A stretch of 64,000 bases of DNA. Source: Candidatus Nanohaloarchaea archaeon. Lineage in GTDB: Archaea; Nanohalarchaeota; Nanosalinia; Nanosalinales; Nanosalinaceae. The position numbers were made by a program, and so were the translations under genes. Under the pieces are notes generated by a model, which saw nothing but the letters and a program-made list of their open reading frames with translations, did no database searches and had not been told where the DNA came from. Positions 8,862-16,945 of this stretch are shown here, in pieces; position 1 is the first letter of the stretch; the number at the start of each line of letters is the position of its first letter. The stretch is taken from positions 13,630 through 77,629 of the forward strand of contig JBDGRE010000013.1 of assembly GCA_042218325.1 (NCBI GenBank), written 5' to 3'.

Positions 8862-9293
8862 ATGAGAACTGAAAAGGGCGTGATGGTGGTCGCGTACAAG
8901 CAGAAGAACGCGCCGAGGTACCTGGTCCTGAAGCGGGAGAAGAACTGGAAGGGCTGGGAGACACCGAAAGGCCACCTCGAGGACGGCGACTACCGGGCCA
9001 CGGTGAAGGAAGAGCTCTGTGAGGAGGCAGGTATCGACGAGGACGAGATACTCTCGATCGAGGACATGGACGAGACTGTCGAATGGACCTTCGAGGACGA
9101 CGGCGAGAAGGTGAAGCGGGAGTACCGCGGCTACCTCGTAGAGATTTCTCCCGATGTGCACGTCGACGTTTCCGGCAATCCTCACGACGAGCACGAGCAC
9201 GGCTTCTTCTTCAGCTACAGGGATGCCCACGACATAGTTACGCATGACAATAACCGCAAGCTGCTTGAGAAAGCTCACCGGGAAGTAAGCTGA
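8862..9293 (+). CDS. NUDIX hydrolase (Ap4A-hydrolase-like)
   Basis: WETPKGHLE...EELCEEAG. Confidence 0.85.
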   Translation: MRTEKGVMVVAYKQKNAPRYLVLKREKNWKGWETPKGHLEDGDYRATVKEELCEEAGIDEDEILSIEDMDETVEWTFEDDGEKVKREYRGYLVEISPDVHVDVSGNPHDEHEHGFFFSYRDAHDIVTHDNNRKLLEKAHREVS

Positions 9294-9325
9294 CGGATTT
9301 AAACATTGACCTGTATCATGCGAAC

Positions 9326-9577
9326 ATGACAGAACCAGACGAGATGCTGGAGCTCTACCAGTTCGAGGGCTGTCCTTTCTGCTCTAAAGTAAGGGAAAAG
9401 ATGACGGAACTCGGCCTCGACTTTATCGCGCGCCAGGTCGACCCGAAAGGCGACCGCTCCCGCGTCGAGGAGGTCTCAGGCCAGACAGGCGTCCCTGTAC
9501 TGGTCGACCCTAACCGCGACGTGGTTATGCCGGAGAGCGACGATATCGTGGAGTATCTCGAGGAGCACTACGGTTGA
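9326..9577 (+). CDS. Glutaredoxin / GST N-terminal domain protein
   Basis: CPFC, VPVL, ESDDI. Confidence 0.9.
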   Translation: MTEPDEMLELYQFEGCPFCSKVREKMTELGLDFIARQVDPKGDRSRVEEVSGQTGVPVLVDPNRDVVMPESDDIVEYLEEHYG

Positions 9578-9907
9578 TTATTCCAGCTCTCCCTCAAGGG
9601 CCTGCCTGAGCTCCTCTTCGCTCAGTTTCTCCTCGGTGAGGTCGAGCCCGGAAGCTGAAAGTCTGGCGAACAGGGCCGCGCTCTCGGCGTCCTCCCGGTT
9701 TTCATCCTCTACCTCTACGTATTCGACCACCGACTGGTAGAACTCGGCTGCTGCCTCGGCTTTTTTCCCGTCCCTCCCGCGCATGTTCGCCTGCCTGTAG
9801 AACGCCTCATAGGATTCGTAAACGTCGTCGAAGTTGTCCTCTCCAAACAGGCCGAAATCTGGTATATATCTCTCGAGGCTTACGGGTATCAGGTCTGTGA
9901 CCGCCAT
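9578..9907 (-). CDS. Hypothetical protein
   Basis: Acidic ORF. Confidence 0.65.
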   Translation of the reverse strand: MAVTDLIPVSLERYIPDFGLFGEDNFDDVYESYEAFYRQANMRGRDGKKAEAAAEFYQSVVEYVEVEDENREDAESAALFARLSASGLDLTEEKLSEEELRQALEGELE

Positions 9908-10128
9908 GGTGACATTTAAAACAGAAACGGATTTTTATGGCTTTCGGATGACAACTTGTATTTTGGTCCCGAAGAGATAGTATGTTCATGGACCGGCCCT
10001 CAACCAGAGCTAATGCTCAACACGCCCTCTTCAGAGGCTCTTCAAGCTTTGTAGCCTTTATCAGGGTTAGTAGTATTTATAAGGCTAACCTTTTGTCTCG
10101 TCTGGAATTGAGGTGAAAATCCTACTTG

Positions 10129-10725
10129 ATGGAAATTCTTTTACTCATTTATCTGCTATTCCTGTGTATAGGTAGGGAAAGACGAAACGAACCTGAAGTA
10201 GAAGATATCAACCTTGAAGAGATACCCAGGTTCGGAATTCCTATAATCGGGATCTTTCTGGTTTATGCAGCTGTATCGGTCGGATTGAATGATTTGATGT
10301 TAAATCTGGTAATTGGTGGTGCTGGAGTTCTTCTGATAGTTATATTCGGTGTTCTATTCGGTAAAAAGTACCAGGAAGAAGGTTTACAGGAAGCTATAGA
10401 TTACGCTGTTACAGCACCTATAGAAGAGAAAGAAACGGAAAGTAAGTCTCAACCACAAGGTCAAACAACGGAGAAAACTCCCCCGGCACCTGAAAGTTTG
10501 AAAAATGAACTCTACTTTGAAAGAGCGGATAAGCAGTGTGAATGGTGCGGCAAGGACATAGATTCGCCCGATGTTCACCACATTAAACCGCGAGAAGAAG
10601 GCGGACCTAACAAACCTTCTAATTTAATCGTTCTATGTCCGAACTGTCACAGAAAAGCTGATAGCGGAGTTATCAGCCGTTCAAAACTAAAATACCAGGT
10701 AAGGAAAAATAGAGGCGAGGAATAG
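10129..10725 (+). CDS. Membrane-anchored HNH endonuclease
   Basis: N-terminal TM segments; CEWC...HHIKP...N...NLIVLCPNCH. Confidence 0.85.
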   Translation: MEILLLIYLLFLCIGRERRNEPEVEDINLEEIPRFGIPIIGIFLVYAAVSVGLNDLMLNLVIGGAGVLLIVIFGVLFGKKYQEEGLQEAIDYAVTAPIEEKETESKSQPQGQTTEKTPPAPESLKNELYFERADKQCEWCGKDIDSPDVHHIKPREEGGPNKPSNLIVLCPNCHRKADSGVISRSKLKYQVRKNRGEE

Positions 10726-10730
10726 ATACT

Positions 10731-10973
10731 ATGGGAGTTGTCAAACGTGATGGGAAATGGCGTCTCGAGAAGAAAAAGAAAGGTGTCTACCTAGTTACCG
10801 AGAGAGGTCAGCAAAAAGCTAAAATCATAACAGGAGACTATGAACCAGACGGACCTATGAATGATAAAAGAGATGACATGATGTCAAACGTAATAGAGGT
10901 CAAGGATTTTAACGAGGCCAAGAAAGAATTCCGTAGTTTCGTAGAAGGTGGTTCATCTCCAGGATTCTTCTGA
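10731..10973 (+). CDS. Hypothetical protein
   Basis: ORF track; GAGG RBS. Confidence 0.6.
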   Translation: MGVVKRDGKWRLEKKKKGVYLVTERGQQKAKIITGDYEPDGPMNDKRDDMMSNVIEVKDFNEAKKEFRSFVEGGSSPGFF

Positions 10974-10977
10974 TAAA

Positions 10978-11169
10978 ATGAGTAAAGATCCAGTTGAGAC
11001 TGTTATTGAAGCAATTTCTGCCATCTTGATACTTGTAGTTGGACTAAAGATATTGTCGGGATTATTAGAGCAGGCTTCTATCTCTTCAGGTCTAAAATTG
11101 CTGATTCTAGGAGCACTCATTGTAGCAATTATTTCTGTTATCGCCGAGGCGATAGGTGAGGTGTCATAA
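10978..11169 (+). CDS. Small two-TM membrane protein
   Basis: Hydrophobic helices; operon spacing. Confidence 0.6.
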   Translation: MSKDPVETVIEAISAILILVVGLKILSGLLEQASISSGLKLLILGALIVAIISVIAEAIGEVS

Positions 11170-11363
11170 TGGTTAGAGATATTTCTACCAAGACGCTTGC
11201 AGTCAGTCTTTTAGTGGCTGTAGTGGGAGGTCTCGTGGTTTCTATTGTAAGTGAGGTCGAATTAATTTTGAGAGCTGTTATTTTGGATTTGATTATTACT
11301 ATTGCCTTGGCGGTTTACATCTTGTCAGAACCTTGGAACGATGATGAAGAATCGGAGACATAA
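11169..11363 (+). CDS. Small two-TM membrane protein
   Basis: GAGGTG RBS; TAATG overlap. Confidence 0.6.
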   Translation: MVRDISTKTLAVSLLVAVVGGLVVSIVSEVELILRAVILDLIITIALAVYILSEPWNDDEESET

Positions 11364-11412
11364 TATCAGCTTTCAAAATTATTCCTTATGGGAATAATTT
11401 TGGTTCCGGGTT

Positions 11413-11841
11413 TCAGGATTTATCCAGTTCTTTCTCCACTTTCTCCTCCAGCCGGTCTATGATTTCTTCTATTGTTTCTTCGTTCCTGTCGAGATAGTCT
11501 TGGTCTAGGAATTCTCGCCTGTAGTCGATGTCGTTTCTTAAACGCCGGAGCTGGTCCATCAGTTCGAGTTCGGACTGTGAGAAGTCATGGAACTCTTCCA
11601 TGAAGCTTATCAGGCATTCTTGCGAGTAGGATTTGTAGCCTTTTAGGTTGACGAGTGCGGTTACGAGCTTTTTGATGACCTCCCAGTATGATTCGACTAT
11701 GAGCGAGATGTTTTCCTCGTTGCGTTCCCGTCGATTGTTGTCCTCCAGTCTTATTCCTGCCATCTTAAGAAGTGACTCAGCTTCTTCGGGGTTAGGAGAT
11801 CTTTCGTGGACTTTCTCTTATAGGCATTCTTCCCAGTTCAT
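11413..11841 (-). pseudogene. HEPN-like toxin with an early in-frame TAA (11818-11820)
   Basis: MNWEECL*EKVH...; RRLRNDIDY motif; ATGA overlap with the upstream MNT. Confidence 0.7.
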
Positions 11842-12365
11842 CTTTTCACCTTCAGGAAGCCTTTCAAGGTTATTCCGTTCGCGGCACTGTTCGCGAATTC
11901 TGTGTTCGCGGCAAGTTCGTCCTCGGTCATGAACTGCAGGTTAATTTCTCTGTTGAAAGCTCCTTCGTATTCCGTGGTGTCGAACTCTTTCTCTCCTGCT
12001 ACAATCAGGATGTCGATATCGCTTTCCTCTGTGTCTTCTCCGTTGGCTGCGGAGCCAAATAGCACTATACTGTTGGGATGGAATTTTTTCTCAATTTCTT
12101 CTACCAGGCCGGTTTCGTGGAGTTTTCTGACCTTTTCCAGTTTCTTGTATAATTTGAACCTCTCGCTCTTACTGGCCTTGTAGCCGGGATAAGTTCCCTC
12201 TTCAACTTTCTCAAGGAAATCTTCCTCGGCCAGTTCGTTTACGTAATCTCTTACGGTGGGGAGAGATATTTCTGTTTCTCTGGATATTTCTCTCAACTGA
12301 TGCTTGGTGGTAGGCTCCTTGAAGAAGGGCTGGAGAACCCTGTGTTTTGTGAAATCATCAAACAT
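11838..12365 (-). CDS. wHTH + minimal nucleotidyltransferase (MNT antitoxin)
   Basis: LREISRET HTH; LFGSAANG...SDIDI. Confidence 0.88.
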   Translation of the reverse strand: MFDDFTKHRVLQPFFKEPTTKHQLREISRETEISLPTVRDYVNELAEEDFLEKVEEGTYPGYKASKSERFKLYKKLEKVRKLHETGLVEEIEKKFHPNSIVLFGSAANGEDTEESDIDILIVAGEKEFDTTEYEGAFNREINLQFMTEDELAANTEFANSAANGITLKGFLKVKR

Positions 12366-12437
12366 GTTAGAAAAATATAACACATGTTATAAAAATCTAT
12401 CGGCTGTTAGTTTTTGCTAACACTATGTGTTCGTTTG

Positions 12438-12593
12438 TCAGCTCTCTACTCTTTCCTTGAACTCTTCGGCGTCGATATCGCTCCAGGAACCGGCGGCTTC
12501 ATTAAAACGCTTCTTATCTCTAGATATCCTTCTCTTCACAGCTTCTAATTCTCTCTCAATATTCGTTATCTTAGGGATTACGTCCGAAGCCAT
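12438..12593 (-). CDS. Small orphan antitoxin-like protein (51 aa; not in ORF track)
   Basis: MASDVIPK...AAGSWSDIDAEEFKERVES; AGSW motif resembles archaeal VapB-type antitoxins. Confidence 0.5.
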   Translation of the reverse strand: MASDVIPKITNIERELEAVKRRISRDKKRFNEAAGSWSDIDAEEFKERVES

Positions 12594-12740
12594 AGTTCAG
12601 ATTTGCTGACACAAAGACTTATAGCTATGGGTAACGCAACGGGACTGGTTCGTTAAGGGGTCGGGTTCCAGCTGCTAACAGGCGGTCTTTTGGCCGGGAG
12701 CTGCCGGAGAACGGATAGTGTGTTGAACATGTAGTGGGAG

Positions 12741-12950
12741 TGGACCGGCCCGGATTTGAACCGGGGATCTCCACGTTCCTGACGAACTTCTGAACTCGAA
12801 GACCGTAAAATCTTCTGTGACCAGCAACCTGAAGGTTGCGGGAGTTCGATCATCAAAAGCGGCGTTCGAGCAGAGCTCTCAACCGCTTTTGTGCGTTAGT
12901 TGGTGATTCGGTATCAGCGTGGCGCTCTAACCGAGCTAAGCTACCGGTCC
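12741..12950 (-). tRNA. tRNA-Ile(GAU) with 135-nt intron at 37/38 (intron 12777-12911)
   Basis: GGACCGG/CCGGTCC-A, CCACG-CT-GAT-A|intron|A-CGTGG; BHB central helix CTGA/TCAG. Confidence 0.93.
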
Positions 12951-13037
12951 CTCTAATATCCCTGAACTCAGGAGCTATTTTAATAAATCGCCCTGTTTCC
13001 AGGCAGGACTTTTATTCCGGTAATTAAAAGTAACGGT

Positions 13038-13517
13038 GTGGCGCTCGACAGCTACCGGGATGAGGTCGAGGAGATAGGCTCTTCGCTTGAGTCGCACCTG
13101 TCCCGCAGCCAGGCCTACCGCATGAAGACCGCGCTCGACAGTGTGATGCCGGTCGTCCTGCTCTTGGTAGGGTTCGTACTCGTGTTCGAGTTCTTCCTCT
13201 CTATCACGCCCGCGATGGCCCGGTGGATAACCTGGGCTAACTGGGCGCTCATACTTTACTTCGCCACCCGGCTCGCGGTCGCCTATCGTCTTTCGACGAA
13301 CCACGACCGGTTCATACAGCAACACTGGCTTGACATACTGCTTGTCGTACCTGTGTTCTCCGTTATGCAGGAGGCCAGGGTCGCGAAGCTGGTGCCGGCG
13401 CTCGACGACCTGCCGGTCTTCAGGCGGGGCGTACTGTACGCTTTCCAGGGAGGTACGGCCGCCGAGAACGCCGCGAAACTGACTCGTATAACACGGATAA
13501 TCAAGAAGAGCGTGTGA
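13038..13517 (+). CDS. Ion-channel voltage-sensor-like membrane protein without pore domain
   Basis: TM helices, FIQQHWLDILLVVP (S3-like), Arg/Lys-periodic ARVAKL and KLTRITRIIK. Confidence 0.55.
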   Translation: MALDSYRDEVEEIGSSLESHLSRSQAYRMKTALDSVMPVVLLLVGFVLVFEFFLSITPAMARWITWANWALILYFATRLAVAYRLSTNHDRFIQQHWLDILLVVPVFSVMQEARVAKLVPALDDLPVFRRGVLYAFQGGTAAENAAKLTRITRIIKKSV

Positions 13518-13596
13518 TTTTGGTGGCTCGACAGGGTTTGAGGTCGAGAATTCAGGATTTTCTCGGACAAATACCGTCTCAACCATTCCGAAGGAA

Positions 13597-13728
13597 TGGG
13601 CCCGACGGGATTTGAACCCGCGACAACCGGCTGTCCTTGCAAAGATCGGGATCTTCTAGGTCGACCGCCTCTTGCGAGGAACCCGACGCCTAAAAGGCCG
13701 GCGCTCTACCAGACTGAGCTACGGGCCC
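13597..13728 (-). tRNA. tRNA-Lys(UUU) with 58-nt intron at 37/38 (intron 13633-13690)
   Basis: GGGCCCG/CGGGCCC-A, CCGGC-CT-TTT-A|intron|A-GCCGG; BHB CTTT/AAGG. Confidence 0.93.
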
Positions 13729-13803
13729 GTAGCTCATGTAACATAGTTTTCCGATAGAACTGTTTTAAACCGTTTCTCGTTTTGGAGGTCTAACGGCTAT
13801 AAA

Positions 13804-14019
13804 CTACACTGTTTCCTGTTCGAACTCTCCGTGCTGCACGTTCTCCACGGAGCTGTAGGGTACGAAAACTGTCTCGGCCTGTACTTCCTGTGCCTTCTCT
13901 TCCTCGTTTATCACGTGCGGAGAATCCAGTTCGATGCCTTTCTCCTGCTGATGCAGTTGAGATCCTTCCTCGACCAGGTAGTCGCCGGTCGTCGTCAGAA
14001 CTATAGCCTCGAACTTCAT
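13804..14019 (-). CDS. Small hypothetical protein
   Basis: ATGA overlap with rpl37e. Confidence 0.7.
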   Translation of the reverse strand: MKFEAIVLTTTGDYLVEEGSQLHQQEKGIELDSPHVINEEEKAQEVQAETVFVPYSSVENVQHGEFEQETV

Positions 14020-14180
14020 TTTTTCCGGGGCTTGGCGGTGTCGAAATCCTCTCGCTTAGATGTTTTCCCGAAGCCGCAGTTCGCACATACGCGCTTGCGG
14101 AGGTGCAATGACTTCTGTCCGCAGCGCCTGCACTTGCCGTGGGACTTCTTGTTTCCGTCTCCGAGTTCAGATCCGGTCAT
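14016..14180 (-). CDS. rpl37e: 50S ribosomal protein L37e (not in ORF track)
   Basis: KSHGKCRRCG...VCANCGFG; directly downstream of the Lsm gene. Confidence 0.92.
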   Translation of the reverse strand: MTGSELGDGNKKSHGKCRRCGQKSLHLRKRVCANCGFGKTSKREDFDTAKPRKK

Positions 14181-14187
14181 GGTTGAC

Positions 14188-14421
14188 TCACTCCGGGCTT
14201 ACAACGATGACGTTGTCTCCCCTGACGAGCAGCTTGCCGTAGTCGGTCTTCTCGCCGTCGCTCGTCCTTGAGGCGTCTTCGAGCCACATGTTGAGGTGTA
14301 GGTCGAATGCCCTGAGTTTTCCTGTAACTGTGGAACCTCCCTTGAGTTCTGCGATGACTCTGTCGCCTTTCGCCCTGTCGAGAACGTCAAGGGGTCTTTT
14401 GCCGTCGTCGTTGTCTCCCAT
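14188..14421 (-). CDS. Sm-like (Lsm) protein
   Basis: RPLDVL...GKLRAFDLHLN...VRGDNV. Confidence 0.93.
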   Translation of the reverse strand: MGDNDDGKRPLDVLDRAKGDRVIAELKGGSTVTGKLRAFDLHLNMWLEDASRTSDGEKTDYGKLLVRGDNVIVVSPE

Positions 14422-14541
14422 CAAAAATGCACCTATACCAAGGCCTGCTTGAAAAAACTATATAAACCCCACTGGGGCCTCTGCCGGGTTCTGTTCCGGT
14501 CCGGCCACTTTTTATAAAGTTTCAAGTCGCCGGAGTTGTAC

Positions 14542-14916
14542 ATGGCAGTACGACATGACCGTTCCCAGACCAAGAAGACCGGAGGCCGCACGAGGCCGTA
14601 CAGGAAGACAAGGAAATACGACCACGGCTCCGAGTTCTCGGCCCCGGAGCTCGGGGAGAACAGGGTCGAAAAGAGGGACGGGCGTGGAAACACCGAGAAA
14701 AATGTTGTAAGACGCTCAGAGACGGTGAATCTTTCGGTCGACGGCGAAGTGAAGAACGTCGAAATCGAGTCCGTCGAGAAGAACCGTGCCAACCCGAACT
14801 ACGTCCGTCGTTCACTTCTCACGAAGGGCACTGTCATCGAGACTTCCGAGGGCAGGGCGGTCATCACTTCGAGGCCCGGCCAGGACGGAGTGGTCAACGC
14901 GAAGTTAACCGATTAG
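14542..14916 (+). CDS. rps8e: 30S ribosomal protein S8e
   Basis: KKTGGR...RGNT...TKGTVI...SRPGQDGVVNA. Confidence 0.95.
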   Translation: MAVRHDRSQTKKTGGRTRPYRKTRKYDHGSEFSAPELGENRVEKRDGRGNTEKNVVRRSETVNLSVDGEVKNVEIESVEKNRANPNYVRRSLLTKGTVIETSEGRAVITSRPGQDGVVNAKLTD

Positions 14917-14947
14917 ACCGCGGCTCCGGTAGAATTTTACCTTTTGC

Positions 14948-15412
14948 ATGCTATCCAAGCCTATGGTGTACGAGAACACTGCCAGGAGCGCTGTTTACAC
15001 TGTCTTCGGTGGAGACATATCCGGGCTGGCGGAGAAGGTGACCGATTTCTGCCACGGCGAGTATGGCGACCGGTGCGAGTTCTATACAGTGGCTGTCGAG
15101 CGACATCACCCGGACGGGAACTCTTGGACTGTCCACGGATTCGACAGTTTCGATGAAAACGCAGCGAGAGCCGTGGAGAACCATCTCAGGGCGCGGCGGG
15201 ACGTGGTCAAGCTACGTTTCGGCGCTTCCGGCACGGACTATTCGCTTGATTTCATTATCTGTCCGGCCAGGAACACAGCCCAGCTGGCTCGCTACGTGAA
15301 GAAAGAGCATCTTGAGTCTTTTCAAGACGACGATCTCGTGGTCCTCAGCGTGGAGAGAAAGCGGGGCGAGATAGATTCCGAGCAGAGAAGGATGCTGGAG
15401 GAGCTGGAATAA
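14948..15412 (+). CDS. Hypothetical protein
   Basis: ORF track; acidic. Confidence 0.6.
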   Translation: MLSKPMVYENTARSAVYTVFGGDISGLAEKVTDFCHGEYGDRCEFYTVAVERHHPDGNSWTVHGFDSFDENAARAVENHLRARRDVVKLRFGASGTDYSLDFIICPARNTAQLARYVKKEHLESFQDDDLVVLSVERKRGEIDSEQRRMLEELE

Positions 15413-15557
15413 ATAAAAACTCGAGGTGGGTCGCTAACCTCTTACCGTCCTTCTTACAGCCCTGAAGGGCTTGAAGAGGACGGATATCACTGACTTGCTG
15501 CTGAACTCGACCGGGATTTGGTGGCCGGTCTCGTCCACGAAATCAGTATCCATCATG

Positions 15558-15734
15558 CTACCGTTCGCCTCCCAACGCTTTTATACCGTTCCCACGAGAA
15601 AGGTTTATGCCCTCTATAATGGCTTCAGCGGCGCTCTCGACCTCTTCTTCCTCGATAGATATCTCTCTCAGGGCTTCCCTCTCTTTCTTGGGCAGGTATT
15701 CCATGTGATCCTCGTAGCGGGTGATGTCTCGCAT
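15558..15734 (-). CDS. Small hypothetical protein (58 aa)
   Basis: Manual translation MRDITRYEDHMEYL...; TATA-like TTTATA about 25 nt upstream. Confidence 0.4.
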   Translation of the reverse strand: MRDITRYEDHMEYLPKKEREALREISIEEEEVESAAEAIIEGINLSRGNGIKALGGER

Positions 15735-15796
15735 ACTCTGCTATTCCAGCTACTCGGTTTATAAAGAATCGAAGACCGTTCCGCGAAGACCGGTAG

Positions 15797-16813
15797 TCAC
15801 TCCTGGACTGTGTACTTCCGCCAGCGACCCTCTCCTTCTGTTTCGATTAAGCGGTAGTGGTCCATCTTGTTCAGGTACTTACGCAGCGTGCGGTCCACCT
15901 TCGGCTCCTCCACCTCTTCCCGGTAATGCTCGTAGAGGTCCCCGGGCTCTACGCGGCCTTCTTCCTCTATTATGTCGTAGAGTACTTTCTGGTGGTGGTT
16001 GAGTTTGTCAAGCGACTTCGACTTGTTCTGTTTCTCAGCCTCGGGCAGCGCCTCCTCCACTACTTCCTCCTCTATCTCCTCGAGGCCCTGTGACTCTGCC
16101 TCCTCCGCCGCGATACGCAGCGAGTTGATTGCCACCCGTGCATCCCCGTCGGCACGGTTCGCGATACGGTGCAGCAGCGAAGTCTCTACGGCGCCACTTT
16201 CGAGCCCCCATTCCCTGCGGTCCTCCAGTATATCGACCAGCTCCTCGGTCGAGTACGCGGGGAAGTGTATCTCCTGCGTACCCTCCAGCGAGGAGCGGAT
16301 CCGGTCGTCGAGGTTGTAAAGCGCGGTCTCCTTGTTGGCTATCATTATGAGTGCGACGTCCTCCCGTGCGAAGTCGTACAGTATCCGCTCCTCCTCGATC
16401 TGGTCGACCTCGTCCAGTATCACAACGGTCTTTCTCCGGCCGGCCTTTGTCCGGAACTTGTCCACCAGCTCGTCGGTAGGCGTACCGGTCCGGTGTATCA
16501 GGTTGACGCCGAGGTCCTGCAGCAGGTTGTAGTAGACCTTGAACCTGCTTGGATACCGCCAGCAGTTGACGCTGCCGGAAACTACCTCGGAGGAGTGCTT
16601 CTGCATCTCGTCGATGACGTACTCTGCCATAGTCGACTTCCCGGTTCCAGGAGGCCCGTACAGCAGCATGTTTCTCGGGCTGCCAGACTCCAGCAGCGGC
16701 TGCAGGTTCCGCTTTATCTCCTGCACTTGGTTGTCCCTGTGCACCATCCTCCTCGGGATGAAGCCCTCACGCAAGACGCGGGCGTCCTCGATTATCGCGT
16801 TACGGGTTCTCAC
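15797..16813 (-). CDS. cdc6: Orc1/Cdc6-type replication initiator
   Basis: FIPRRMVHRD, GPPGTGKS, ILDEVD, GDARVAI, C-terminal winged helix. Confidence 0.93.
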   Translation of the reverse strand: MRTRNAIIEDARVLREGFIPRRMVHRDNQVQEIKRNLQPLLESGSPRNMLLYGPPGTGKSTMAEYVIDEMQKHSSEVVSGSVNCWRYPSRFKVYYNLLQDLGVNLIHRTGTPTDELVDKFRTKAGRRKTVVILDEVDQIEEERILYDFAREDVALIMIANKETALYNLDDRIRSSLEGTQEIHFPAYSTEELVDILEDRREWGLESGAVETSLLHRIANRADGDARVAINSLRIAAEEAESQGLEEIEEEVVEEALPEAEKQNKSKSLDKLNHHQKVLYDIIEEEGRVEPGDLYEHYREEVEEPKVDRTLRKYLNKMDHYRLIETEGEGRWRKYTVQE

Positions 16814-16825
16814 GGAAAGACTATG

Positions 16826-16932
16826 CTTCCGCTACTTTAAAAGAGATTTACGCAGGGTTCCGCTACTTCCGCTAACAGCGGTCGTTCTGACACCTTTCAA
16901 TAGGAACGGTGTGTTCCGCGACTTCCGCTAAC
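16826..16932. promoter_or_regulatory. Direct repeats upstream of cdc6 (GTTCCGCkACTTCCGCTAAC twice plus a half site)
   Basis: 16857-16876 and 16913-16932 are 19/20 identical; half site at 16826-16837. Confidence 0.7.
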
Positions 16933-16945
16933 GGTGGTCTCTTGC

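Larger units (their letters stand above)
9989..12751. mobile_element. AT-rich island at the tRNA-Ile 3' end, bounded by an 11-bp direct repeat
   Basis: TGGACCGGCCC at 9989-9999 is identical to the tRNA-Ile 3' end at 12741-12751; GC drops between them. Confidence 0.7.
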
